A stretch of DNA of 62,064 bases, counting the filler, from Choristocarpus tenellus KU-1152 (lineage: Eukaryota > Protista > Phaeophyceae): NCBI GenBank assembly GCA_964200185.2. It is 12 parts of 12 records of this genome, joined end to end, with 100 filler letters (N's around TTAATTAATTAA, not from the genome) between each part and the next. Parts side by side here need not be neighbours in the genome. Positions count along the whole stretch, not along the records: positions 1 to 2,893 come from CAXNAD020023854.1; positions 2,994 to 5,978 come from CAXNAD020023140.1; positions 6,079 to 11,041 come from CAXNAD020012357.1; positions 11,142 to 14,877 come from CAXNAD020018235.1; 8 more parts are not named here. The stretch is one strand, 5' to 3'. Positions 1-11,222 of this stretch are shown one piece after another; position 1 is the first letter of the stretch; every line of letters begins with the position of its first letter. The notes under the pieces were generated by a model that saw only the letters and a program-made list of their open reading frames with translations, had not been told where the DNA came from and did not search any database. Position numbers and translations under genes: made by a program.

Positions 1-109
1 TGCCGTCCCAGGGATGACTACACCTCTCTGTTTACTTGTGAGCATACCAAGTTATTGCTCCTCTCCCTCTGGTTCCCCCCCCTTCCCACCCCGACATGTT
101 CTGACTCAG

Positions 110-2379
110 GTCCTCATCTGCAACGACCAGTGGACACCTGCACTCCGACCCCTTCGTTTGTTGGCTAAAGTATTTGTTTTCCGTCCCAAGGCCTCCCCAG
201 CCCGCTTGTTGCAACGCCTTAAGGTGTGGTGATCCATCAGGTTTTGTACATAAATTGCGGCGTTTTGTAGTGATGGAATGCTGTACTGAATATCTTCTCA
301 ATTTTTTTCTTTCTTGCAGGTAAAGGTGTAGAAAATATCTCTCTATTTAGTGTTTAGTGCGTTATATGTAGTATTTAGTATATTAGATAGTATGTAGCAT
401 TTAGTATATTAGATAGTATGTAGTATTTAGTATATTAGATAGTATGTAGCATTTTGTATATTAGATAGTATGTAGCATTTTGTATATTAGATAGTATGTA
501 GTATTTTGTATATTAGATAGTATGTAGTATTTTGTATTTAGTATATTAGATAGTGTATAGTATTTAGTCAGTATATTAGATAGTGTGTAGTATTTAGTAT
601 ATTAGATAGTATATAGTATTTAGTATATTAGATAATGTGTAGTATGTAGTATATTAGATAGTGTGTAGTATGTAGTATGAGCCAAAGTAACCAAAAGGTA
701 AACATTTTTTGTCGTTTTTGCATTGTAAGACATGTTTTCTATTTTTTTCCATTCACCAATATTTCTACAGACGAAGTTCTAGGTTTGACTTGAGAGGGTT
801 GATTTCTATGTTGTTGGAGACTTTTGGACATAATTCAGAAAATATCCTATTCACGTATGTAAAAAAAACCCTGAATGTTGCACATGTTTGCCAAGATCCT
901 TACAATGCAACTCTGTTTACCTCTCTCGCTTATTTTGACTCAATATTATATAGTACTTAGTATACTATATTCTTTCACTCTTTCCATTCGGGCGTTATTG
1001 ATAGTGGTGACGAAAGCAGCCATCATGTTCCTCATTATTGTTTTTATATGCAATACAAAACGCCTTTTGGTGAGACTCTATCGTATATCGTTCCTGGTCT
1101 CTGATAAGCTCTGTGTTGGTCTGATAAGCCCGACAAAATTTTATCTTCCAGTTTAAAAAATTCATTTCTGGTGATCGGTCAATCAATATAAAATGAAATA
1201 ATAAAGGTTCTGTTCTGAAATTTCATCGGTGGTAATGGAGATGAGAACAATTAAGCCTGAAATAGAACCAACAGAAGGTACTTTGAGACAAGAGTTTTGC
1301 ATTTTTTTTCTGTGGTCGCTGCTTTTTTTATTTATTTTTGTTGGATATTTTTCTCTTTTTTGGGGTCAACTTCTTTGTTGTTGTTGCCAAGTTGTACTTT
1401 TTTTTAAATCAAGAATGATAATTATTACAATTACAGTATGTATTATTGCTATGAACTCTGACAGCTCAATCATTTGAGAGTAGCCTAGGTGACCAAGCAA
1501 TAAAGTTAAGTTACTCTTTTTTGTTTGAAAATCAAAAGACACACAGATCTGATGCACCGTCTCTATTATGTATGTGTCGTGTCCTTCCGTCAGAGACACC
1601 TTGAGAATGTTATGACCATCATAGTTTTGTAATAGAAGAGGCGTATTGAAGTATTTGCTCCTAGTAAAGGAGATCACACCTCTGGTCTTGTAGAAAAGAG
1701 TTAATAAATAAAAAAACGCCTCCAAAAGGAGAGGATGCTATTCTGGATTGGAGATCTTTCGCCTCGTGATGCCACACGCCAATTGGCGATCATTGTGCGT
1801 TTTGCACGCATCATCTCGTGCGTTTCGCACGTATTTTCTCGTGCGCTGACGGTTTAGTTAGTTTGATCAAGTTGGGAATAAGAAAAAAAAACTTTTTTTG
1901 TTCCATTTTTTCGTTTTTATCATACTAGTTAGTAAGTACACAGAAAAATATAACGTATTTTTGATTATCGTATGACATGGCATCAATTCGCATCCACCAC
2001 GCACTTGTATTTTTTTTGTTTACAGACTAGAACTAGATTTTTTGCTTCTTGTGACAGATGTAGCATGAGCAGGCAACTTGCACACAAATTTCTAAAACCG
2101 CCCCGTGCCTTACCCCCACCCTCCCCCCTCTCCCCCCTCTCCCATCAACAACATGAAATGAACACAAAAAGGCTATCTGTTCTGCAGAGAGGATGTGTGT
2201 CAACACAGATGCACTGACAAGACTAGTTGAATGTTCCGGCACTGATGTTCGCTCCTGCATGAACACATTGCAATTTGTAGCTAGAAAAGCCTCGTCGGGG
2301 AACGTAAGAAACGCCTCCATGGCGCTGCTGTTGGCGATTTCAAATGGGGTCAAGGATGAGAGGCAAGACCTCTTCCAAG
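110..2379 (+). CDS. CTF18: Chromosome transmission fidelity protein 18 (RFC-like clamp-loader AAA+ subunit), two internal exons
   Basis: Exon 110-223 (cag|VLICNDQWTPALRPLRLLAKVFVFRPKASPARLLQRLK|gt) and exon 2172-2379 (aag|AICSAERMCVNTDALTRLVECSGTDVRSCMNTLQF...KDERQDLFQ|gt) join in phase 0. ICND..PALRPLR and DxRSCxNTLQF are CTF18 motifs. Partial gene. Confidence 0.85.
365..678. repeat. Intronic minisatellite, ~26-bp unit (TAGTATATTAGATAGTATGTAGTATT)
   Basis: About 12 degenerate tandem copies read directly. Confidence 0.9.
679..941 (+). mobile_element. MITE family D (~260 bp), Sola-like non-autonomous DNA transposon
   Basis: Imperfect TIRs GAGCCAAAGTAACCAAAAGGTAAACA and TGTTTACCTCTCTCGCTTATTTTGACTC. 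The interior aligns by eye with the reverse complement of 41527-41785. TSD is not intact. Confidence 0.75.
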
Positions 2380-2893
2380 GTCAGTTTCCTCCTTGTTCTT
2401 CAATATGTGACTGTTGAAGTTGCTTATTGTGGGGGGGGGGACTGGGGAAGTTGTTACGTCTCTGACGTGGTTTGGGACTGAGGTAGCTGTTACATGGAGG
2501 AGTGGAGGAATTGGAAGGTGGGCTGGTGGGGTCTTTGTGTGCGGGTCTTGCTTGGTCGGGAATGGTTTGGTGATTATTTCTTCCCACCTGATGCTTTGCT
2601 GCTGCTCTCCTTTCTTGTTTACACTTGGATGTTTGTGGTTGATTGACCGGATGAGAGCCACTTTTTTTTTAACATAAACACGCTAATCCTTTTCACTACC
2701 AATATTTCTATGATACTAGTGTTAAAATTCTCTGGGGGAATAATAAAAGGCACGGAAATGATATTGTGCTGACAGCTCCCAATCTAGTCAGATTAGGTGC
2801 CTGCCTACTAGCTCAAGATTTCATTTCCGTGCCTGCCCTGCCTGACCTGTACCTTCCTTTTATACTGCTCCTGTGCATGGCAATCACCAACCC

Positions 2894-2993
2894 NNNNNNN
2901 NNNNNNNNNNNNNNNNNNNNNNNNNNNNNNNNNNNNNTTAATTAATTAANNNNNNNNNNNNNNNNNNNNNNNNNNNNNNNNNNNNNNNNNNNN
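2894..2993. other. Artificial contig linker N44-TTAATTAATTAA-N44 (first of 11)
   Basis: The same six-frame-stop spacer occurs at 2938, 6023, 11086, 14922, 25445, 29831, 36129, 39846, 43847, 49943 and 58899. Confidence 0.98.
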
Positions 2994-3290
2994 ACCCAAA
3001 GAATAAAATAATTGAAACGAAAAACACACAAACAAAAAAGACAAAAAAAAAATTACAAAAAAAAAAAAAAAAATACGTGCCATTGAGTTCAAAACACTCG
3101 CTTTCGTAGCTATTGTGATGTGGACCACAATCAACATACACACTCCATGTAACACAAAACAAACCATTCCGTTCCACCGAATCACTAACCCTCACGAGTT
3201 CAGATTAGCCCTAACCCTAACCCTAACCCTAACCCATGACCCTGACCCCTCAAACCACCGCAGCATTCTCTTCAGACACAATCAACTTAC

Positions 3291-3630
3291 AGGTGGAAGA
3301 GGAGCATTGCCTGGACGCACAGCAAGGACCACCTCCAACTGGGCATCCTTCGCTGCCTTTGCTTCCGCCAGCATATCTGTCACAAACAACACCTCCGATG
3401 GATCCGCCACCCCCAAAGAGAGGGTAATCTCCCTGTCCAGATAACAGCAGTTATTGTTCATTGGATATGTGTGTGTATGTGTATATATAGGTATGGGGGG
3501 GGGGGGGGGGGGGGGGGGGTTTGGTGAAAAAAAAAGATGAGTACAAACAACAAAACACAAAAAAAAAACCAAAAAAAAAACAAAATAAAAAAAATANNNN
3601 NNNNNNGGGTGTTTGTGTTTTGGGGGTGGT

Positions 3631-3663
<33 letters not shown>

Positions 3664-5367
3664 GGTGACTTGTGAATGAAGAAAGTTGAGTCACAACTAC
3701 ACAACTCTGAAATACGACCCTACTAAAAAGAAACGTAAAATATGCTCCACTGTTCAGGATGTATTTGTGGTGGGTCCAATGGATGGATTAAAAAGAAAGG
3801 AGGATACAAAAACCATGCTCATTCCACCTCTGCATCACACCAAAAGCAACTCCTCCAACTACTACAAATAAAACCATAACTGTGTCACTACCAAAACCAC
3901 CCAATTCAAAAAAATATCTCAGACCCTAAATCTCACTCCATTCACCGAAAACTTACCTCCATGGTGTGCATCACTAAATATGTTCCTGCTTAAGTCCACC
4001 CTTACCTACCCTAGAACCATGTCACCACTGAAACAGTTTCAGATCCTATTCCCTCCTTTCCCTCCTTCCATGAACACTAGCATACGTACCTATAGCTAGC
4101 CTCCTCGAGCTTGGATCCCACAGAGGTGTCAAAGTATGTAGAAATATAACTGCACAATTCTCCCGAAGGAATATTATTGAACAGCAACCTTTGTGCCTGG
4201 AAGACAAACCACGTCAATCCGATTTAAGGGGTGTGTGGGTGAGAGGAGAGAGGGTCCCTCCCGATCCTTACAAATGAAATGATAGTACTATACATATAAA
4301 CTAGGTAGCATATTGCACTCTTCAACATTGGTCGGAATGAAAAAGTGTGCTATTTTTTAATCCTTAAAAAAAATATATATATATATATATATATGATGAT
4401 GCGTGTTTTATTTTATTTGTACAATAGAAAAAGGACAATGTCGAATTGTGTTGCCAATATGACAAAAAGAGTATCTTGCAGATAAGGACACCAATAGCCC
4501 TAACCCTAACCTTAACAGAGACGAAAATCGCACAGACAAATGCACACACACACAGAGGTAGAGGTAGAGGAATATCATGTTCCAAAACGAATGACAGAAT
4601 CAGACCCATCACTCTACATCCCACACCACCCGGCAGTAAAACACAAAAAAAACTCTTGGACACTCAATCAACGCATAGGGGCACAAAAAAAATACCACAC
4701 ACAATTTTAGTATTGTGACTATTAACCCTTGAAACGTCAAACCATACATAAATACTATTATTACCCGCCTGAAAATGAAAAAAGAGATGGCGAGACTTGA
4801 ACTCACAAATCCTAACAAACAAGTGAATTCAAACGACTGTATACCCAAAGTAGGATACCACAGTTGGAAGCCCTTGGTGTATCTTAACAAGGGGTGTATG
4901 AACTGTACATCAATGTGATTTAACACATTCACACACCTATAATAATATTACACACCTCCTGTGGGCGTTGACTTACATTAAGGTACCAGGAAAAAGAATC
5001 CAAAAATTGTAGTGAGGGGATTTGCTATTGGCATTTATATTGATGTACAGTACATGGAATAGATTACACAAACAAACACACACACACACATGCACATGAA
5101 CACACCTTCCCCATCCCCATCCCCTTCCAGCAATCTAGCAATCTGAACATTTCAAAGGCAACTTTAAAACACAGGAAAGCAAGGACATACACAACAGTAA
5201 CATGGTCAGACAAACAAATACAGAGCAAATGATATACTGTACCACAAATGATACTAACACGGCATAAAACAAAAAAATGTACTAGCATCCTTCAAGTATA
5301 CGATTGATAAACCATCTGGACAAACCTATTGCATCTTGCCCCATGATGCCATCTATATTGGAATAAG

Positions 5368-5403
<36 letters not shown>

Positions 5404-5554
5404 CCTTCACTTCACACTTCACCTCTCTGCTTCCACTGGAGTAAATAGCCACCCTTTTGCCACTCTTGCACCACCTCTTCATCGCCACTGGAACATCACT
5501 GTAGGTGTCCCCCTTCAACCTCCCACTGGCATAACCCCCCTTCCAGATGCGACC
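3291..5554 (-). CDS. ENOPH1: Enolase-phosphatase E1 (HAD family, methionine salvage; possibly the C-terminal domain of a dehydratase/E1 fusion), three exons
   Basis: Exons 5554-5423 (GRIWKGGYASGRLKGDTYSDVPVAMKRWCKSGKRVAIYSSGSRE), 4196-4090 (AQRLLFNNIPSGELCSYISTYFDTSVGSKLEEASYR) and 3432-3291 (EITLSLGVADPSEVLFVTDMLAEAKAA...RPGNAPLPP) splice in frame with GT-AG ends. IYSSGS, FDT..G.K, LFxTD and RPGN are MtnC/E1 motifs. Confidence 0.93.
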
Positions 5555-8500
5555 CTTTTTTCATTCAACATCACGTTTTAAAATTTTAAAAAATGAAAAC
5601 ATGCTTTTTTTTAGTAATACATTTTGGTAGAGATAATTCCCTCTCAGAGTGAAGTTTAAAAAATCATGTAATAGTACACTATTTAAGATTGTACAGACAA
5701 GTTAAAAATTCATGTAATAGTGCACTATTTAAGATTTTACACATGGCTCGGTACAGAACAATCTTAAATGGGACATTGTTGCATTGTTAGTTTTCAAATA
5801 CGATACAAAAAATAGCATAGACTTTTGGGAGGCGTCTTAGTACTGGCAACAACTGCTTTACCTACAGTACAAAGTTGTACTCCTTGTCATATAGTTCTAG
5901 TCCTAGTTTCTTCCCCCCCCCCTCCTCTGACACATCTGTAAAATGTCAGAGGGTATAATAATATCAACTTTATTTTTTNNNNNNNNNNNNNNNNNNNNNN
6001 NNNNNNNNNNNNNNNNNNNNNNTTAATTAATTAANNNNNNNNNNNNNNNNNNNNNNNNNNNNNNNNNNNNNNNNNNNNGTTGTCAAATATATTCCAATGT
6101 TTGTAAACCAGAGAAGCCCCAACGGTAAATGATGATAAGAGATCCTAAAAACGGCTCCAAACGGCTCAGTTCTTCTGACCCAGAGGGCCCCACATATTCA
6201 GTTTTTTTTCTCTTTCTGATACCGACTATACAATTTCATTGTGCTACTTGAGATTCACCTGAGAGTACTATTGTTCTGCTGAGCTGACGTGCGTTAATCT
6301 GTGAATTGGATTTGACTTGTACATCCCGGAAGGTGAGCATCGAAGGGCGCCTGTAACAGAGCACACATACGTCGCTTGCGTCAGAGCAGGAGATGACTGG
6401 TTCCACCACTCTACAACCATGAGGGAGGACTGTCATTTTCCCTGAAAAAAACATCGTCCCTCCGCAGGCAGTGGTTACAGATCATAAGTGAATGCGCGTA
6501 CCTATAGCAGGTAGTTGTAAGAGACACAAAACAGACAATAGGAAAATAATTTTACTCTAACTAGTAAGTGATTATGTATTAAGTTATAACGCACGTAGAG
6601 GTACTTACGGTAGCAATGTTATATTATTATGTCTCCACTGATTTTTTGCAGCAGAGGTTTTAATGGAGGGAACAAGAAGCAACATATATACACAGCAAAT
6701 AACACAACGAACATGAGAAACATTGGATATTGCTTCGAACTATGATAATACCATGTCTTTGTGTTACTGCAGACATCACAATCGGTCTTAGAATTGGTTG
6801 TATTTTGTTGTACTTGACATCAGGGGAAATTAGCGACCTTTTTCGGGCAGGCTTCGGACCTGTGACTGGAACAGTTTAAATGGCTTTCTGTTGAGAATAT
6901 TTAAGCAAATGTCTGAAAAAATTTGGTTATTCAGTTGCTTTGAAGTACATTATTTACTATCAAAAGACATACAGAACTGATACAACGTGCCACACAACCT
7001 GGTGCTGCCATGACTACAAGGTATCACTACTCACCACTCACTACACATTCATGGCTACAAATCTGCCTTACGCCTACGGAGCTTTTGGGTTTGGATATTT
7101 TGAGGATCAATCTGCCAGGTGTCCTCTCCCACGTGCGGACTATGGCGATGAAGAAGACCAGGTCGAGTATGGAAATGAGGTGAAGTTCCGTCGAATATTT
7201 GGTTTCGATTAGTACAGTAAATTCATCTTGGCTTCATAGTGAATCCATTCAGCGGTATATTTATTCTTCAGATTTCGTTAAGGATCACATGAATGAGCAA
7301 TAGTCCGTAAGTCAAAATTTCTCATCTCTGGATCGAGCCCTAATACGGGTAGGAGGCTCATTGGCTCGTGTACAACAGACAGTTTAATAAAATTGAATCA
7401 AACATTTTCTACACGAGTTTATTTTAACCGAAAAATATATTTTAAAAAATACTTCGTGGGGGTTAGCTGTATTGCGGGCATGGAAATGTGTCAACCCATG
7501 TGTCTTAATGGTGGTTTCATAAGCACCAATATACCTTAAAGTCCTATTTATTATACATTTGTACTTGGCTATTTTATTTATTATTTTGTCATTATGAAGT
7601 CATGATTTGCCACGTACGGTTGTTCACCCCAATGAAACCAATAAAGTGAATAATTGAAGTGAAAGATCCATAATATTTGGTGATGTTTCCATCATGGTGT
7701 TTTATATGAGCCTCGTGTTCGCTTTCAGGTCTGTGGATTGGAGCTACATATCCCACCATAATAAGCTTCCCGACCGTTTTGTGTTTACAACAAATGGGGG
7801 TGTCGGTCAGAAGATTTTATATGTTCATCGTACTCAAAAGGGCCTAGATCAACTCCTATATCTCTACTACAAACAGAACACAGGCTGCACCTGCACAGTC
7901 TATGGATAGTATAGGTCCATAATCTAGTATTTCTTGCATTATTATTTGCAGAAGTATCATGCGAGTGTTTCTGAGATATGGTGGGGATACTAACACCTTA
8001 AGAGTTCTAGGGGACAAGTTGATGCTAATTGGCATGTTAAAAAATACTTGAGAAATTTAGCAAGACTTTCATGGGGTCGGCCAGTTGGCATGTCCACTGT
8101 CCGCCATATGGACTCGGTCATTTTAGAACATTTTATCTATGGGCGGTAAGGTATTTCTTTTTTACACTAGGCCCGGCCACGTTACGGCCATGCCTCCCAT
8201 TATATATTTTTCACTCTTCAATATTATATCCTAAAATTTCAAATTTCTACTACTGAAAGTACTAAGTATACTATACATATAATGTCAGGGACAGGTCCCT
8301 TTTTTGGGATCTCCCCCACACACATTTTGAGGATATGGCACACAGCCATACACTTGCGCATATCGACCAGTCAACATAACCAGACACACCCACAAGACCC
8401 AGATTCAACAAAAGAGTCAGAAAGACTGTCAGAACAAAGATCCATTCCGATCCTGACTGGTCCATTTTCTTGTTGTGACGTTGATAATTCTGGTTTTCCT

Positions 8501-8880
8501 CGACTGATGTTGGGATGCTGGGGGCCGAGATCTCTGAAACTCGGTCCCATCATCTGAGATGGAAGAGTTCAAACTTGTGATTGTGATTGCCCCCTTACGC
8601 AGAGAACCATTGAGCCTTGACACTTCCACAATAATCTTCCACAACAGTGATAATTCCCATATCAATTCATATTGTTTTATTTAGAATATCAAAATTGTAA
8701 ATTTAATACAATCGCATTGTTGGGTGTGTGAGGTGAATTGTGATCCGTGCGTGTGCGAATGTGTAACAGGTAGTGGACATGATCTGAACATGCCAAATAG
8801 AAATTGAATACATGGGTGGACCTGGTGAGGACATACAAGAAAAACAGTTAGACTGGCCAGCTGGTGTACGTGGAGCGGTA

Positions 8881-9095
8881 CAATATCCTGTGGATATGGA
8901 CCAGGGCATGCCAAATAACCGTGGGACCGGTCTGGACATGGGCATGGGACTGGTTCAATACTCAGTAGACATGGACTTGGACACGTTAAATAAATGTGTG
9001 ACCGGTCCAGACATGGATATGAACCGGTTCAATATCCAGTGGGTACGGACTGGGATATGTTCCATAATTGTGGGACTGATCTGACCGGGATGGGA
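8881..9095 (+). repeat. Degenerate ~75-bp tandem repeat (about 3 units)
   Basis: Units start with CAATA at 8881, 8956 and 9030 and read QYPVDMD.. / QYSVDMD.. / QYPVGTD.., with a 1-bp loss in unit 2. Confidence 0.75.
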
Positions 9096-10431
9096 CTTTT
9101 TAACTTGCTCGTCCGGTCAAAAGTCCTGGAATTTACCTGCCAGGGGTGATGATTTGTCAACAGTCGCCTGTCTTGGATGTGAACTGCACGGAGTTGGCCC
9201 ACTCCATTCCTATCTTCTCGTTGTTAAGCAACTATGTTACCTTTGAACGACCTTGGTCGAATTTTCCCCCCCACCCTATGATGATGACACTCATTCTGTC
9301 CGAATGATGTGGATGGTGAAACGAACACTGTGGTGAATGAACTCCAATTTTTTGTCCCAATTATTTTTGTGTAGAGGTCAACAGAGCCGTATAGTGATTC
9401 ATCGGTCTATTGCACTATTCCCTCCTTACCCAGGGACTGTTCCTTATTTCGGGCTAGCAAAGGAAACCCAATTTCTGCATTGACAGGTAACAGCATTATC
9501 ACCGACACTGGACACCGGTGCTAGCGTGGAGAGGTGATACTAATACCAGGGGAATAGTATATATTACATTAGGGGCGGACGTATGCGCTGGCTCACTGGG
9601 ATGTATAGAATGATCTGGCATAGTGTGTGGTATTCTAGTTACAACTCTCAATCCTGGCGTGGATTTGTATACGATTAGAGCTTGAGTACACATCACCATT
9701 TATGAAAATTTGGATTTCAGATTTAGGCCTGGAATTGTGCGCGAACGTTCGACATTTGTTACGCTCACCCTTACCCTTGGAGGGACAGGTTTCCGAAATA
9801 CCCAAATAATTGCGGTAAAGAGGTTCGGCTTTGTGTGTGAAAGAAATATACTCATATTTTGCGGAGGATGGAAGCTTCTTCATTATGATTGGCATTTTAA
9901 GATGTGATAGTCCTGTTAAAGTCCCAGCACTTGCCCAAAAGACACCTTGGCGTGGTGAAGTAGTGGCTTCCGTGCTCATTAGTAGAAGTTGATCTGGTCT
10001 CAAGGTATGTAGGTCTCAGTACGAGCATGTGCTCCAATGTATATTTTGTGGTCTTGGTTCGGGATGTATCAATAGTGATTCGTTGCACAGCAATAGACTG
10101 GTTGTCATAATAGAAATGATGTTTCAAAATGTTGACTGTGTTCAGGTTACTTACTACTTTCTGAATTTCCTTGTGTGCTAGCCCTTGGCGTCATCATTTC
10201 CATTTAAGTTGACGACTTGTAATGAATCAGCCCATGGGCTGGTGACAATATATTACACAGGTAGGTTTGTTTACTTCTGAAAAAGATTACAAACGCAGAA
10301 ATCGACTTAGAATGCGCTAAAATCGCTTCGAGTTCATTACACAGATTGACTACATAGTATCTCAGTCAAAATGAGGACCCACATGAAGAAAAGGCGCGAG
10401 TGTAAGCTTTGGTGTAAAGCTGTACTTTGGA

Positions 10432-10538
10432 GGCTCAAAGTATCTGAGATGGATAATATATGTGCACTTCTCCTGGTCAGGGCTCAAAATGACAACCTGG
10501 TGTAGACCCCCCCCTCCCCCCCACAGATACTTCGAGCC
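10432..10538 (+). mobile_element. MITE family B, internally deleted copy (107 bp) with 4-bp TSD TGGA
   Basis: TIRs GGCTCAAAGTATCTG ... CAGATACTTCGAGCC. TGGA at 10428-10431 and 10539-10542. The interior matches the 3' part of 40673-40855. Confidence 0.85.
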
Positions 10539-10828
10539 TGGAGTGAAACGACCAAGAAATGGGCATATCTGTATTAAATCCATCATGGTGCGAATGGGTT
10601 CATTCAATGGCGAAATATGGATGATGTGAAGAGGAGTTATTAGGGCCTTGCTAATCAGGTATTTGTCATGGATGTATTCGGGGCGCAGGAGTGGGTGGAT
10701 TGGAAGCACAGGAAGGCAGTAGTACAATATTGATAGTGGTGAAGTAGCAAATAGATTAGTGTTTTTCACATTTATGCTATTTTATTTCTTTAGGGCTTAT
10801 ACTGACATATATATAGTTTTCATTTGTT

Positions 10829-11041
10829 GGGTCAAAGTATCTGGGGGAGGGGGTGTCGGCGTCCGTTTTTCACCCTTTTTTCGATTTTCACTTTTTTTGT
10901 GTGATTTGGTCGCACGTGTCGGATTTGAACTGTCAGCAAAAAAAAGAGCTGTTTGACCGAAACGGACGCCCCCTCACAAACCACTACCACACCCCCCCCC
11001 GCCCCACCCCCCCCCCCCCCACCTCCCCCCTCCCACCCCCC
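10829..11041 (+). mobile_element. MITE/DNA-transposon end, family C, truncated by contig end
   Basis: GGGTCAAAGTATCTGGGGG..GTCGGCGTCCGTTTTTCACCCTTTTTTCGATTTTC, also found at 43716 and 61999. Confidence 0.8.
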
Positions 11042-11222
11042 NNNNNNNNNNNNNNNNNNNNNNNNNNNNNNNNNNNNNNNNNNNNTTAATTAATTAANNN
11101 NNNNNNNNNNNNNNNNNNNNNNNNNNNNNNNNNNNNNNNNNCCAACCAAACCAGACAACCCGAGCTGTAATCAAGTATCAAATAACATTTTCACACTCCA
11201 TCCCACCTCCCCCCCCTTTCAC

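Noticed and set aside
3490-3665. Poly-G tracts and poly-Pro ORFs
   Set aside because: Homopolymers beside N gaps, likely low-quality sequence.
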